Below, piece by piece: positions 17,355 to 27,416 of a DNA stretch of 64,000 bases. Positions within the stretch are counted from its first letter, which is position 1. The number at the start of each line of letters is the position of its first letter. The stretch is from contig CAJTQT010000001.1 in NCBI GenBank assembly GCA_910578325.1, positions 4,527 through 68,526 on the forward strand, read 5' to 3'. The notes beneath the pieces were generated by a model. It was not told where the DNA came from. It worked only from the letters and a program-made list of their open reading frames with translations, and made no database searches. The position numbers were made by a program, and so were the translations under genes. Origin of the DNA: an uncultured Christensenella sp. (lineage in GTDB: Bacteria; Bacillota; Clostridia; Christensenellales; CAG-917).

Positions 17355-18491
17355 TTATTTGCTTTCTATAAACTTTTTGCAGGCTTTTTCAAGCGTACGG
17401 CAAACTTCAAGCGCGTCGTCTGCGTCCGAACCGCGTACGACAACTCCGTGACCTGCGATAAAGCAAGCGGGAGATTCGCCTATAACTTCGCAAACGTTTT
17501 TGACCGCCCTCTTAGTGCACGTCATAGCGGAAGCGGCGCAGGGAATTTCTTCTCCGAGTTCCTCTTTAAACTCCTCGGGCACAGGCATAGGCTTGCCCAT
17601 AGCCGAAAGCACGCTTGCATAAAACGGATGCAAAAGCAAAGCGACTTCTTCCTGCGACTCGTCTTTGAACAGCGCGAATTCCGTTGCTTTTCCGAGTTCG
17701 CATTCTCCGTTGCCGTCGGATTCTTCCGACGTTTCGGGTTGATTTGTTTCTTCCGTCCGCTCCTGCTCTTCGGTCTGTTCGCTCTGCGCGTCCTCCGCAA
17801 TCGCGTCGGGCTGAGCGGATGGCTGGCTTTGCGCCGCCGTTTCGGAAGCGTTATTATCTCCGCCTTCGGTCTGATTTTTTAATTCTTTTGCCGTTTTAAA
17901 TCTGAACACCGTCTGTTCGATCAGCGCGCCGAACATATTTATGTGTTGCGTATCGTTCCCGCAATTGTCCGCAATGAGTTGCGCGGTGCAGGCTTTGTCG
18001 AGCACGGCAGTCGCGTCAAACGCCTCTTTAAGACTGCGCGCCTTTATAACCGCGCCAGCGTCGGGCATAAAGCACGCATTGCGGCAACCCGACAGCGACG
18101 TAACTACTTCCGCCGCCACGTTTTTAGTCGCGCACTTTACGGAAATTCCGCACAACTGAGCGACCTCGTCAATAATGGGCATAAGCGACTTCCTCTTTGA
18201 CGAGAATTTCAATATTGCGTCGCTGTCTGCAATGACAGCCGCTCTCGCGTGTTTATCCTGTCTGATCGCGCAGAAGAGAATAACCGCCGCAGCGCGGAAA
18301 TTACCCTCGAACGAATCTATATTTTTATCGTTGACAAAAACGGCGTCATCGTCTTTGAGATTGTCGAAATCCGCTTTCGTGACAGTGATAATTATTCCGT
18401 CGTTATCGCGAACGGCGATATAACCGCATTCTATAAATTTTTTCGCTTTGAAGGATTGCGCGTACTTTCTTATAATGTCGATGTTTTGCAT
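17355..18491 (-). CDS. Class II aldolase/adducin-like protein interrupted by an acidic low-complexity linker
   Basis: The C-terminus ACFIAGHGVVVRGSDADDALEVCRTLEKAC resembles the class II aldolase fold end. The N-terminal 200 aa are also aldolase-II-like. The two parts are separated by about 60 aa rich in E/Q/T/S. Confidence 0.55.
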   Translation of the reverse strand: MQNIDIIRKYAQSFKAKKFIECGYIAVRDNDGIIITVTKADFDNLKDDDAVFVNDKNIDSFEGNFRAAAVILFCAIRQDKHARAAVIADSDAILKFSSKRKSLMPIIDEVAQLCGISVKCATKNVAAEVVTSLSGCRNACFMPDAGAVIKARSLKEAFDATAVLDKACTAQLIADNCGNDTQHINMFGALIEQTVFRFKTAKELKNQTEGGDNNASETAAQSQPSAQPDAIAEDAQSEQTEEQERTEETNQPETSEESDGNGECELGKATEFALFKDESQEEVALLLHPFYASVLSAMGKPMPVPEEFKEELGEEIPCAASAMTCTKRAVKNVCEVIGESPACFIAGHGVVVRGSDADDALEVCRTLEKACKKFIESK

Positions 18492-18540
18492 AACTGTCTC
18501 CTGCTAAGTGCTCTGACTGCACTATTATTGACTATTAATT

Positions 18541-18568
18541 ATATTATCAAACTATTTGTTTAAATCAA
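18541..18568 (-). promoter_or_regulatory. Candidate extended -10 promoter for the aldolase-like gene
   Basis: The minus strand reads TTGATT, a 16-nt spacer ending in TGA, then TAATAT. An AGGAGA RBS follows. Confidence 0.4.
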
Positions 18569-18640
18569 AGCAAAAAATCGCATATTGACAAAATTTATTT
18601 ATTCTTATGCCGCAACGCGAAACTTTGCGGTAAATCCTAA

Positions 18641-18668
18641 AACAAAAATCGCCCCGAACGTTCGGGAC
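18641..18668 (-). terminator. Rho-independent terminator of lysC
   Basis: On the minus strand, GTCCCGAACGTTCGGGGC is followed by GATTTTTGTTTT. Confidence 0.65.
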
Positions 18669-18704
18669 GAATCAGTTTAAAAAAAGTTTAACGGACGGCA
18701 TTTA

Positions 18705-20021
18705 TCATTGTTCACAGCAGAACGCGTGATAAATGGAATTGATTGCTTTTTCATAGTCGAACGTGTCGACTCCGACTATAATATTGAGTTCCGAAGAGCC
18801 TTGATCTATCATACGCACGTTGATATGGTTGCTTGCAAGCGCGCCGAACAGAGTCGCCGCAGTTCCGTGTCTCGACGACATATTGTGTCCGACTGTCGCT
18901 ATAAGCGAAAGTCCGCTGTGAATTTCAATATTGTCGCTGTTGACCGCTTCCTGCAACTTTGCAAGAATTTTCTGCATTTTCCCGACAAGGTATTCATCCC
19001 TTATAACGACCGAAAGCGTATCGATTCCGGACGGCACGTGCTCGAAAGAAATGCCCTCGTCCTGCAACACTTCAAGGACCTTTCTGCCAAACCCGATTTC
19101 GCTGTTCATCATATCCTTTTCGATGTTTATAATCGTAAATCCTTTTCGTCCCGCAATACCCGTAATAACCTTATGTTCTTTTGGCAGTTTATTGCTTGCG
19201 ACAATCATAGTTCCCTTATAATCGGGATTGAACGTATTTCTTATATTGATGGGAATCCCCGCGCTTCGGACAGGGAAAATTGATTCGGGATGCAAAACCT
19301 CCGCGCCCATATACGCCAACTCGCGCAGTTCTCTGTAACTGAGACAGTCTATAAGTTCCGGCTTATCGACTACCCTGGGATCTGCGCTGAGGAATCCGTC
19401 CACGTCCGTCCAGTTTTCATAGACGTCCGCGCTCACCGCTCTTGCCAAGATTGCTCCCGAAATGTCCGAACCGCCTCTAGAAAACGTCCGCACGTTTGAG
19501 TTGCAGTCGGTGCCGTAAAATCCGGGGAGCACCGCCTTTTCCACGCCTTTTAATCTGTCGCCCAACTTTTCTATGGACTCGTCCAGCAAGAGATTTCCGC
19601 CCGCGTCGAAAAGAATTAACCCTGCCGTATCTATAAACTCCGCCCCTGTTTTTGCCGCGAGCAACCTTGCGCTGAGATATTCGCCTCTCGATGCGCAATA
19701 GTCTTTTGTGCGGAATTTCTCCATATCGGCTTTAACCTGAGAAAGTAAAAGTTGAATATCCACGTCGAGAGACAATTCTGTCGATATGTCTTCAAAACGC
19801 TTTTTTATCAATGCAAAAGTTGTGTCACAACTGCCTGTTTGTGCAATTTCGTTATAACAGTCATACAGCGCGTCGGTGACTTTCAAATCCGAGGCGTCCC
19901 GTTTTCCGGGCGCAGAAACGACGACAAACCTTCGTTCGCCGTCGCTGTTTATGATATCGGCAACTCTCGAAATTGTCTTCCCGTTTGCCATTGACGTTCC
20001 GCCGAATTTACATACCTTCAT
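18705..20021 (-). CDS. lysC: Aspartate kinase
   Basis: MKVCKFGGTSMANG N-terminus, amino-acid kinase core, and C-terminal ACT-domain region (LIATVGHNMSSRHGTAATLFGALA). Confidence 0.9.
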   Translation of the reverse strand: MKVCKFGGTSMANGKTISRVADIINSDGERRFVVVSAPGKRDASDLKVTDALYDCYNEIAQTGSCDTTFALIKKRFEDISTELSLDVDIQLLLSQVKADMEKFRTKDYCASRGEYLSARLLAAKTGAEFIDTAGLILFDAGGNLLLDESIEKLGDRLKGVEKAVLPGFYGTDCNSNVRTFSRGGSDISGAILARAVSADVYENWTDVDGFLSADPRVVDKPELIDCLSYRELRELAYMGAEVLHPESIFPVRSAGIPINIRNTFNPDYKGTMIVASNKLPKEHKVITGIAGRKGFTIINIEKDMMNSEIGFGRKVLEVLQDEGISFEHVPSGIDTLSVVIRDEYLVGKMQKILAKLQEAVNSDNIEIHSGLSLIATVGHNMSSRHGTAATLFGALASNHINVRMIDQGSSELNIIVGVDTFDYEKAINSIYHAFCCEQ

Positions 20022-20117
20022 TGTATTACCCCGATTGTCGTATCAATTTAGTATCAATTTATTGTATTATCCCACGGCGGTTTTGCGTCACTTCCGTTCG
20101 GACTAATTTAAAATTTC

Positions 20118-21317
20118 CTAAATGCGTTTAGCCTCGATATAATATCTCTTCTCCTGAGCCTCTCCCATAGAAAACGTCTTCTTGCAAAGCGCTCCGTGAG
20201 CCTCAACGTAAGAGAACAGTTCCTCTTTACGCATAGGAGGCATAACGATTGCGACGCCGCTGTTTTGGCTTGCAACCGACAGCAGATTGTCTTCGCCGTG
20301 GATATAATCGGCTTTGCATCCGACGTTGTTTTTTACAAACTCTTCAACTACCGCCTGCACCGCGCTTATCGCTTCCGCGCTGTTTTGCGGAACGCCAAGA
20401 GCAATCTTCTCCCCTCCGAGATACGCATTGACAGTCGCATCTCCGCCGACTTTTTCGGCAAGCATATCGATAAGACGTCTGTCTGCGCCGAACACAAATC
20501 TGTGTATCGGCTCGAACTTTATGCCGTCGTCATACAGGTTTTCCACCTCGCAAAGAGCGAATCTTGCAGGATGGGTTTTGCGTTGTTCCTCGGTCAGAGT
20601 CGGCTTTATCTCATTCCAGTATGCCTGTGCGGAAGCAAGCGAATGATTGCCGTCGCCAACAGCAAACAGGAAGTCCTTTCCCTGCGAAAGTTTATCTGCC
20701 GCATAGTTTTCAAACAACGCAACCGCCTCGTCTGCGTTTACCCTGTATCCCGTAACGTGGCCGCCGCCCATATTTAGGTCGAAATCGTAAACGACGTCGT
20801 TTGCATTTTCACGCAGTTTTTCTATGACGCATTTTTTTCCGTCGTCTATCAGGATTATGACGTGCGGCAGTTCGAGAGGCGCGCCTCTCCTGATTTTAAG
20901 TCTCGGAGGAATCCTGTCCATAACGACGTCTTCGGTCGAGCGCACCTGCGCGTGGGACGGATGAGTAAAGCAGTAGCAGTCAAGGTCAAGTCCTACGACT
21001 ATACCCCAACGCACGTTGCCGAACGGCGTTTGTCTTTTGACGAGTATGAAAGTATTCTTATACTTCTCGAACACGCCGTCGCGCAGATAACGCGCCATTT
21101 GAGTATGTATGTCCGAGATACGCGCGTCGCCGTTTTCCTCGCCGAGATATACCTCGGGATAGATGAGTCGCAAAGTGCTCTGTCCGTCCCCGACAAGACT
21201 GTCGAGAGACTTCCAATAATCCTCTTGCGAAGTGAATTGGTCACAAGCCACGACAGCCCATTTATTCAAATCGGCGTTGCGCGGCAGAAGAATATCAATC
21301 GGTTTTATCGCTATCAT
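20118..21317 (-). CDS. DUF1015 family protein
   Basis: MIAIKPIDILLPRN..WAVVACDQFTSQ N-terminus and a length of about 400 aa are typical of DUF1015. A 4-nt overlap with the cdaA stop suggests coupling. Confidence 0.75.
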   Translation of the reverse strand: MIAIKPIDILLPRNADLNKWAVVACDQFTSQEDYWKSLDSLVGDGQSTLRLIYPEVYLGEENGDARISDIHTQMARYLRDGVFEKYKNTFILVKRQTPFGNVRWGIVVGLDLDCYCFTHPSHAQVRSTEDVVMDRIPPRLKIRRGAPLELPHVIILIDDGKKCVIEKLRENANDVVYDFDLNMGGGHVTGYRVNADEAVALFENYAADKLSQGKDFLFAVGDGNHSLASAQAYWNEIKPTLTEEQRKTHPARFALCEVENLYDDGIKFEPIHRFVFGADRRLIDMLAEKVGGDATVNAYLGGEKIALGVPQNSAEAISAVQAVVEEFVKNNVGCKADYIHGEDNLLSVASQNSGVAIVMPPMRKEELFSYVEAHGALCKKTFSMGEAQEKRYYIEAKRI

Positions 21318-22183
21318 AAGAATCTGTTGTTTTTGTGTTTCTTTTTGGTTTGAGTGTCTCTGGTTGCTATTATACTGGGCGAAATGCCGTACGCGATTTC
21401 GATCTCGTCGTTGAGTTTGTCCATCGTCATATAGCGTTTTATTTCGCCGTGCTTTACGACGGAAATAATTCCGGTCTCCTCGCTGACGACGATTGAAAGC
21501 ACGTCGGTCTCCTCCGTTATGCCTATCGCCGCGCGGTGGCGGGTGCCCATTTCTTTATTGACGTTGCGCTGTGTCAAGGTAAGGAAACATCCCGCGGCAA
21601 TTATTCTGTTGCCTCGGACGATAACCGCTCCGTCGTGCAAAGGGGCTTTGGTATTGAATATGCTTTCAAGCAAAGGCGCGGACAGCACAGCGTCGAGTCT
21701 CGTGCCCGTATCGAGTATGTTGTCGTGAATGTCGCCCAACGAATCTATGATTATTATCGCGCCGACGTCCTGCTTCGCCATATCCTGACAGGCGGTAAGT
21801 ATTTCCATAGTGGAAGCACGGAGTTCCTCGTTGCTGTTGTGAAGTTCGAGACTTCTCGCGCTTGACACTTTCTGGAAGATGTTTTTCAAATCGTTTTGAT
21901 ACACGACGCAAGCCGCAACTATATCGAATACGACAATAAAGTGCGTGACGTATCTCGCGATTTCGAGCGCGGAATGTCCCAGTATTTCTGCGAGCACGTT
22001 GACTATTACGTCAAGCACGCCGCCCAAAAGCAACAGGAACAACGCTCTTACGTTGCGCTTGTAAACGAAAAAGCAGATGATGACCGCAAGCACTAAAATC
22101 AAAAGTACCGCGTCAATCACCATCGACCAATGATGAGTTTCAAAAAACTCTTTGAAATTATATTGCATATTGCCCCTCCGCAA
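21314..22183 (-). CDS. cdaA: Diadenylate cyclase CdaA (membrane-anchored DAC domain)
   Basis: Three N-terminal TM helices, then DAC motifs GAIIII, PLHDGAVIV and GTRHRAAIGITEETDVLSIVVSEETG. Confidence 0.9.
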   Translation of the reverse strand: MRRGNMQYNFKEFFETHHWSMVIDAVLLILVLAVIICFFVYKRNVRALFLLLLGGVLDVIVNVLAEILGHSALEIARYVTHFIVVFDIVAACVVYQNDLKNIFQKVSSARSLELHNSNEELRASTMEILTACQDMAKQDVGAIIIIDSLGDIHDNILDTGTRLDAVLSAPLLESIFNTKAPLHDGAVIVRGNRIIAAGCFLTLTQRNVNKEMGTRHRAAIGITEETDVLSIVVSEETGIISVVKHGEIKRYMTMDKLNDEIEIAYGISPSIIATRDTQTKKKHKNNRFL

Positions 22184-22188
22184 TAATA

Positions 22189-23064
22189 TTACAAATCGAA
22201 TTCTTCAAATACGTTGTCTTCCTTTCTCTTTTCCGCAGAGTGCTTTACGCTTTCCTCTTCGAAAACTCTTTCCGCGTCGTTACGAACGCTGTACGCCCTA
22301 CCGTCATACTGCGAATAATACTCCCCTCTCGTTTCGGGATTGCGGAATTTGTTTGCTCGACTGCGCATAATTTCGCCTATAACGATAAACGCAACTAGAT
22401 ACGCAACGTATATGCAAATCGCGGCGATACTGCATCCGACCTGAACTTCGCTGAGAAAAATCCCGTATCCCAGTTCTTTCAGTCGCAACAGTATTTCAAC
22501 GGACAAACCGCTATCTGCGGCAAGCATAAGAATCATTCCGTTTCCGCCGATTGCGCTCAGCCCCGTAAGCACCATAAATACGATGGACCACGCTCTGAAC
22601 GCGTTGTATTTCTCGACGGGATTGAATCTGTGCATTTTCGCAAATATGAAAAAGAACATTGCAAGAAACGCGCCCATAAGCAACGCGGGTTCCAAAACCG
22701 TGGAAGAAACCGCGGAGATTTCAGGACTGAGAATGGAAAATATCTCGATAAGTCCGACCGTAAAATATACGCCGGCAGTCACGGACATAACCGTATAGCA
22801 GAAATCGTTGCGCGATATGCATCTTACGTATCTCGAAAAACCTATCTGCCACGTTATCAGCGCAAGCACGAACACCACCGCCGTCGGAATCACCCCGTAA
22901 GAGAATATAGAAATGAACACGTCTCTTATTATCAAAAGACGCGACACGTCCTCCATAGCGGAGAACATCAGATACATCTGATAGGAGTTCCGCATAAAAC
23001 AGGCTACGAGCAACGCAAGCCATATCAATACGAAATACTTTCTGTCGATTTTACCGTTTGTCAT
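22189..23064 (-). CDS. Hypothetical polytopic membrane protein with acidic C-terminal tail
   Basis: 291-aa ORF with about 7 hydrophobic segments. I recognise no family. It is tightly packed upstream of cdaA. Confidence 0.5.
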   Translation of the reverse strand: MTNGKIDRKYFVLIWLALLVACFMRNSYQMYLMFSAMEDVSRLLIIRDVFISIFSYGVIPTAVVFVLALITWQIGFSRYVRCISRNDFCYTVMSVTAGVYFTVGLIEIFSILSPEISAVSSTVLEPALLMGAFLAMFFFIFAKMHRFNPVEKYNAFRAWSIVFMVLTGLSAIGGNGMILMLAADSGLSVEILLRLKELGYGIFLSEVQVGCSIAAICIYVAYLVAFIVIGEIMRSRANKFRNPETRGEYYSQYDGRAYSVRNDAERVFEEESVKHSAEKRKEDNVFEEFDL

Positions 23065-23107
23065 TATTCACCTATATCCGCCCCGAACGCCCGTGCGGGG
23101 GAATCTT

Positions 23108-24091
23108 TCATATTCCTAGCAATTCGAACATCGCCTGTTGCAATGCGGAATTCTCCGTACGTTTTCCGCTCAGCACCGCGCATTGCAGGGAGTGCAGGCA
23201 GTCTACGCATTTTTTCAGTCTGACCTGCGAATATGCCGACGAACTCTTTTTAATAAAATACACCGCCGCGCCCTTAACGCCGAGCAGCGCGCCCAACTCG
23301 TCGTTGCCCATACCTTTGTTGAGTTCGGCAAGCAACATCTTGCGGTATCTGTCGTAAAGTTGATTTATTATGCGCATAGGCCGTACGCCGTCGTTATAGA
23401 ACACATCCAACGCCCTGAACGCCTTTTCCGCGTTTTTATCGCTGACCGCCTGCGTCAAATCGTACACCTGAAATTCAAAATCGGCGGTCACCATTTCGCA
23501 GACGTCACGTCTGGTAATAACGCCGTTGCAATAGGATTTGAGTTTCACGATCTCGCAGGCTATACGGGACATCGAGCCTTGCGTTCTCTGCGAGAGTTCC
23601 GTTATCGCGGCAGGCTCTATTTCAATAGACGGCGACTGCTCGCAGACTTTTTTTATCTCTGCGACAAGCGCGTCGTTTTTGAGTACGGAACAGTCCACCG
23701 ACTGCGCGCCTTTGACTTTTACAGTCTTCGCCACGTCCGCAGACTCGCAGTCGACGACCAGCACCGACGACTGCAACGGAGCGGCAACATATCCTTTGAG
23801 CGCGTCCTTATCCGCGTCGGAAAACTTCTGCGCGACCGTAAGCACAACTACCCGATATTCCCCGAACACGGGATAAGTGTTGAGCACGTCGATAGCGTCC
23901 CCCACTTCGCCGTCGGATGAAAACACTGACACGTTAAAGGAAGCGAAATCCTCCTCGGCTATATCTTTCAGCATTTTGACGGCGTGCGAGCGCAGATAGT
24001 CGTCGTTTCCGTAAACCACGTAAGCGGGAGCAAGTTTTTCGCTTCCGCCGAGGGCGCAGACTATGTGACGTTCAAGTTCGCCGTATTCCAA
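23108..24091 (-). CDS. holA: DNA polymerase III delta subunit
   Basis: 327-aa ORF with the overall HolA pattern (APAYVVYGNDDYL N-terminus and helical C-terminal domains). The call is from general similarity only. Confidence 0.7.
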   Translation of the reverse strand: MEYGELERHIVCALGGSEKLAPAYVVYGNDDYLRSHAVKMLKDIAEEDFASFNVSVFSSDGEVGDAIDVLNTYPVFGEYRVVVLTVAQKFSDADKDALKGYVAAPLQSSVLVVDCESADVAKTVKVKGAQSVDCSVLKNDALVAEIKKVCEQSPSIEIEPAAITELSQRTQGSMSRIACEIVKLKSYCNGVITRRDVCEMVTADFEFQVYDLTQAVSDKNAEKAFRALDVFYNDGVRPMRIINQLYDRYRKMLLAELNKGMGNDELGALLGVKGAAVYFIKKSSSAYSQVRLKKCVDCLHSLQCAVLSGKRTENSALQQAMFELLGI

Positions 24092-24252
24092 AACGCAATA
24101 CTCCGATTTTTAGTATATTTATATTATCACTATTTAAATGATGTGTAAAGATAATATAAACCTATTATTTGAAATTTAAGCGGTTATTTGCGCAATTCTC
24201 ACAAACAGATATAAAACACGGCGATATTCAATGTATCGCATAAAATCAGCAT

Positions 24253-24280
24253 ATAAAAAGCGCGGACGCAATGTCCGCGC
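24253..24280 (-). terminator. Rho-independent terminator of the amino-acid ABC operon
   Basis: On the minus strand, GCGCGGAC-ATTGC-GTCCGCGC is followed by TTTTTATAT. Confidence 0.75.
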
Positions 24281-24305
24281 CGATGTGACGAAAATCCCCG
24301 TACGT

Positions 24306-25607
24306 TTACAAAACTTTTCTTAGAAACTCCTGCAATCTCGGGTGATCGGGATTTCCGAAAAACTCGGATGGCGCGCCCTGAGCCAGAATTTTGCCCTGCG
24401 CCATAAACAGTATACGCGTCCCCACCTCTCTTGCAAACGCCATTTCGTGAGTAACCACGACCATTGTCATTCCCTCGTCCGCAACCTGTTTAATGAGGTC
24501 GAGAACCTCTCCGACCATTTCGGGATCCAGCGCGGACGTCGGCTCGTCAAACAGCATAACTTTCGGACTCATCGCAAGCGCGCGGGCAATTGCGACGCGC
24601 TGTTTTTGACCGCCGCTCAGCGTGGACGGATAAACGTCCGCTTTTTCGGAGAGTCCGATACGTGCAAGCAGTCTGTCCGCAGTGTCCGACGCGTCCGTTT
24701 TTATCTGCTTTGCAGAGACGTATTCGGGCGAGACTTTCTCCCTCAGGCAGGCGTGCGCCTTACGTCCGATTTTACGCTCCGTCTTCTCTATTTTATCGGT
24801 GAGTTTAAGTTTTAAAGCGGTCAGTTTACTGTCGTATTCCACATACGATTTTCCCGCGATCTCCTTAGTGCCTTTTGTGCTTTCCCACGCAGAAAGTATA
24901 GGTTTAAGTTTCGTATTGAGCGATTCAAGTTCCGAATTGAGCCTTACAATGCATCTATCGACATAGTTGTTGTATGCATTCCCGAAAACCTTGTACCAGG
25001 CGTTATACACAGGCACCCAGACGTTTTTGAGTTTGGCTTTGCGCATATTCGCCAGCCCGATTCTGACAGGCGCAAGCATTATATTCTGCTTCACCGTCAT
25101 ATTGTTGAACAGATTGAATTGCTGAAACACCATTCCCATTTTCTGTCTGTGGATATTGATGTTCACCCTGACGTCCGCTATATCTACGCCGTCGAAAAAA
25201 ATCTTGCCTGCGGACGGATCTTCCAGACAGTTCAGGCAACGCAGAAACGTCGACTTTCCGCCGCCCGACGGTCCGATGACAACAACTCTTTCACCCTCGT
25301 ATATATCCGCGGAAATATCGTCAATAACAAGCAAATCTCCAAATTTTTTAGATAAATTTTTAACCTCGATAAGCGGGGCTTTTGCAGAACCCTTTTGCTT
25401 TGAAGCATCGGCAACCATCGCCGTTTCTCCTGCTTCCGAACGAGAGTCTGTCGCATTTATTCCGATTTTCAAACCAGTGTCCGCTCCGTAAGGCGCGTCT
25501 GATTCTTCCGCGTTTACGTTTTTGGAAACCTGCGTATCGACGTTTTCGTTTTCAGTGATATCTGCGGTTATGCCGTCAAAGCAAATGTTATTTTTAACGT
25601 CTTTCAC
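24306..25607 (-). CDS. Polar amino-acid ABC transporter ATPase (GlnQ/HisP type) with N-terminal extension and large internal insert
   Basis: Walker [11 protein letters not shown]-loop MVFQQFNLF, signature LSGGQKQR and Walker [12 protein letters not shown] are present. About 80 extra N-terminal aa and about 105 aa are inserted between the Q-loop region and the signature. GTG start overlaps the permease stop. Confidence 0.85.
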   Translation of the reverse strand: MKDVKNNICFDGITADITENENVDTQVSKNVNAEESDAPYGADTGLKIGINATDSRSEAGETAMVADASKQKGSAKAPLIEVKNLSKKFGDLLVIDDISADIYEGERVVVIGPSGGGKSTFLRCLNCLEDPSAGKIFFDGVDIADVRVNINIHRQKMGMVFQQFNLFNNMTVKQNIMLAPVRIGLANMRKAKLKNVWVPVYNAWYKVFGNAYNNYVDRCIVRLNSELESLNTKLKPILSAWESTKGTKEIAGKSYVEYDSKLTALKLKLTDKIEKTERKIGRKAHACLREKVSPEYVSAKQIKTDASDTADRLLARIGLSEKADVYPSTLSGGQKQRVAIARALAMSPKVMLFDEPTSALDPEMVGEVLDLIKQVADEGMTMVVVTHEMAFAREVGTRILFMAQGKILAQGAPSEFFGNPDHPRLQEFLRKVL

Positions 25608-26298
25608 TCTTACGCAACCTCCTTTCGATAAGTTTTATCACAAGCGTCAGCGCAAGCACGATGACAAGATAGAAAATCGCAAGCACGATATACGGAATCA
25701 TATATTCGTATGATGACGAGCCTATAAGTTTAAACGCCTGAGTGAGGTCGAACACCGCGATAAATCCCGCTACGGAAGTATCCTTTACAAGCGCGATAAG
25801 TTCGTTGCCCAGCGCGGGCAGACTGTTTTTGACAGCCTGCGGAATGACTATTCTCATCATCGCGCCCGAGTACGAAAGCCCGAGACAGCGTCCCGCTTCG
25901 AGTTGTCCCGCGTCAACGGACTGAATGCCGCTGCGCATAATCTCGCTCACATACGCGCCGCTGTTCAGTCCGAACGTAATTATCGCAACGGCGAGTTTAT
26001 CCACCTGAACGCCGATAAGCGGAAAAAACACGTAGTATATCAAAAGCAGTTGTACGATTATAGGAGTTCCGCGGAAAAAGCCAACGTATATATCGCCTAT
26101 TCTCGACGCTACTTTCGCAACCTTATTGCGTTTCGCGCTCACCTTGATTATGGCGATTACGGTACCTATAAGGATACCTATCAAAAACCCGAATAAAGCA
26201 ATGTATGCTGTGTTTTTAAAACCCAGCAATACATTCTTGTAACCTTCATTCGTCACGAACGAGCGGACGAATATATTCCATTGTTTAGAAAAATCCAC
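25594..26298 (-). CDS. Polar amino-acid ABC transporter permease (His/Glu/Gln/Arg/opine family)
   Basis: 234-aa ORF with 5 TM segments. [13 protein letters not shown] and the EAA-like loop [21 protein letters not shown] are present. Confidence 0.85.
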   Translation of the reverse strand: MDFSKQWNIFVRSFVTNEGYKNVLLGFKNTAYIALFGFLIGILIGTVIAIIKVSAKRNKVAKVASRIGDIYVGFFRGTPIIVQLLLIYYVFFPLIGVQVDKLAVAIITFGLNSGAYVSEIMRSGIQSVDAGQLEAGRCLGLSYSGAMMRIVIPQAVKNSLPALGNELIALVKDTSVAGFIAVFDLTQAFKLIGSSSYEYMIPYIVLAIFYLVIVLALTLVIKLIERRLRKSERR

Positions 26299-26311
26299 TT
26301 TCTACACCGCC

Positions 26312-27193
26312 TCAGGCGTTGAAACTTTTCAGCAACGAAATCGCAACCGCCTTATCGACTATGACGAACCCGATGTTTCCGTTGAGCATCGACTGAACCG
26401 CCTGCGCTGGAGAGTCGTACGCGCTGAATTCAAGGTTGGAATATCCGTCGAACTCAAGCGATTCGTTTCCTATCACAAACTGCTGTCCCGTCGTTCCGTT
26501 CTGTCCGCCGCATTTTGCCGCATTGCCGCTCAAAGTTGCAAGCACTGCTTTCACCTCGTCCGCCGTAGTGCAGTAATCGAACACCGTCAGATCGTTTTTG
26601 GTGAGTATAACCTGAGTCGTATCATAATAAGGATTGCTGAAATTGACAACTTGTGCGCGCTCATCCGTCACCGTCAGCGCAGCCATACCTATGTCGTAAA
26701 CGGACTGCGTTCCCACAGCGTTTACAACCGCTTCGAATTCCATATGTACCACAACCAGCGTTTTTCCCAAAGCGTTGGCGATCAACTCCGCTATCTCGAT
26801 ATCGATACCCGCAATTTTGTTTCCGTTGACGTATTCAAAGGGTGCAAAATCCAGATTCGTCGCAACGACAAACTCGTTTTCGGGATTCGACGGCTCTGTC
26901 TGATACGCCTTTCCGAACGTACTCGCCTGCTCTGAAGTCGCTCCGAGATACTTTGCCTTTATCGCTTCGATTTCCGTAGATTTCTCGTCGAGCAAACCGT
27001 TGACCTGCGACATAAGTTCGGTCTTGTCTTTGTTGAATATAAAAGCATACTGCTCGCTTGACAATTCCACGTTAACCATATTTATTGACTTCGTCACTTC
27101 CGCCGAACCGTTGCAAGCAACCAACGCGAAGCAAAGTCCGACCGCAAGAGTCAGACACATTATAACGGTGATAATTTTTACTGTTTTTTTCAT
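26312..27193 (-). CDS. Polar amino-acid ABC substrate-binding lipoprotein
   Basis: Lipobox LVAC. Family-3 SBP motifs (ATNLDFAPFEY, GIDIEIA). I chose the ATG at 27193 (MKKTVK) behind AGAGG. The track uses a GTG at 27202. Confidence 0.85.
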   Translation of the reverse strand: MKKTVKIITVIMCLTLAVGLCFALVACNGSAEVTKSINMVNVELSSEQYAFIFNKDKTELMSQVNGLLDEKSTEIEAIKAKYLGATSEQASTFGKAYQTEPSNPENEFVVATNLDFAPFEYVNGNKIAGIDIEIAELIANALGKTLVVVHMEFEAVVNAVGTQSVYDIGMAALTVTDERAQVVNFSNPYYDTTQVILTKNDLTVFDYCTTADEVKAVLATLSGNAAKCGGQNGTTGQQFVIGNESLEFDGYSNLEFSAYDSPAQAVQSMLNGNIGFVIVDKAVAISLLKSFNA

Positions 27194-27387
27194 TGTATAC
27201 ACCTCTTAAATTCAATCGATTTCCCGTTTGTGTCGTTATACTATCATTTTGAAAAAAATAATGCAACTGATTTTGCATAAATTTTCAAAATTTTTTAATT
27301 TTAATCAGTTTTTATCAATTTTATGCACAGTTTATGCAAATATGCGCTTTGATTTTGTATAAATTGCATATGAGGGCGCGAATTGCG

Positions 27388-27416
27388 TTGACGGACGGCG
27401 GCAATTGATATATTAT
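27388..27416 (+). promoter_or_regulatory. Candidate sigma-A promoter for leuA
   Basis: TTGACG (27388-27393), a 17-nt spacer, then TATTAT (27411-27416), about 70 nt before the leuA ATG. Confidence 0.5.

Noticed and set aside
20022-20117. A lysine riboswitch (L-box) upstream of lysC.
   Set aside because: Only 96 nt separate lysC from the upstream gene, whereas L-box aptamers need about 180 nt. No conserved L-box helices were recognisable.
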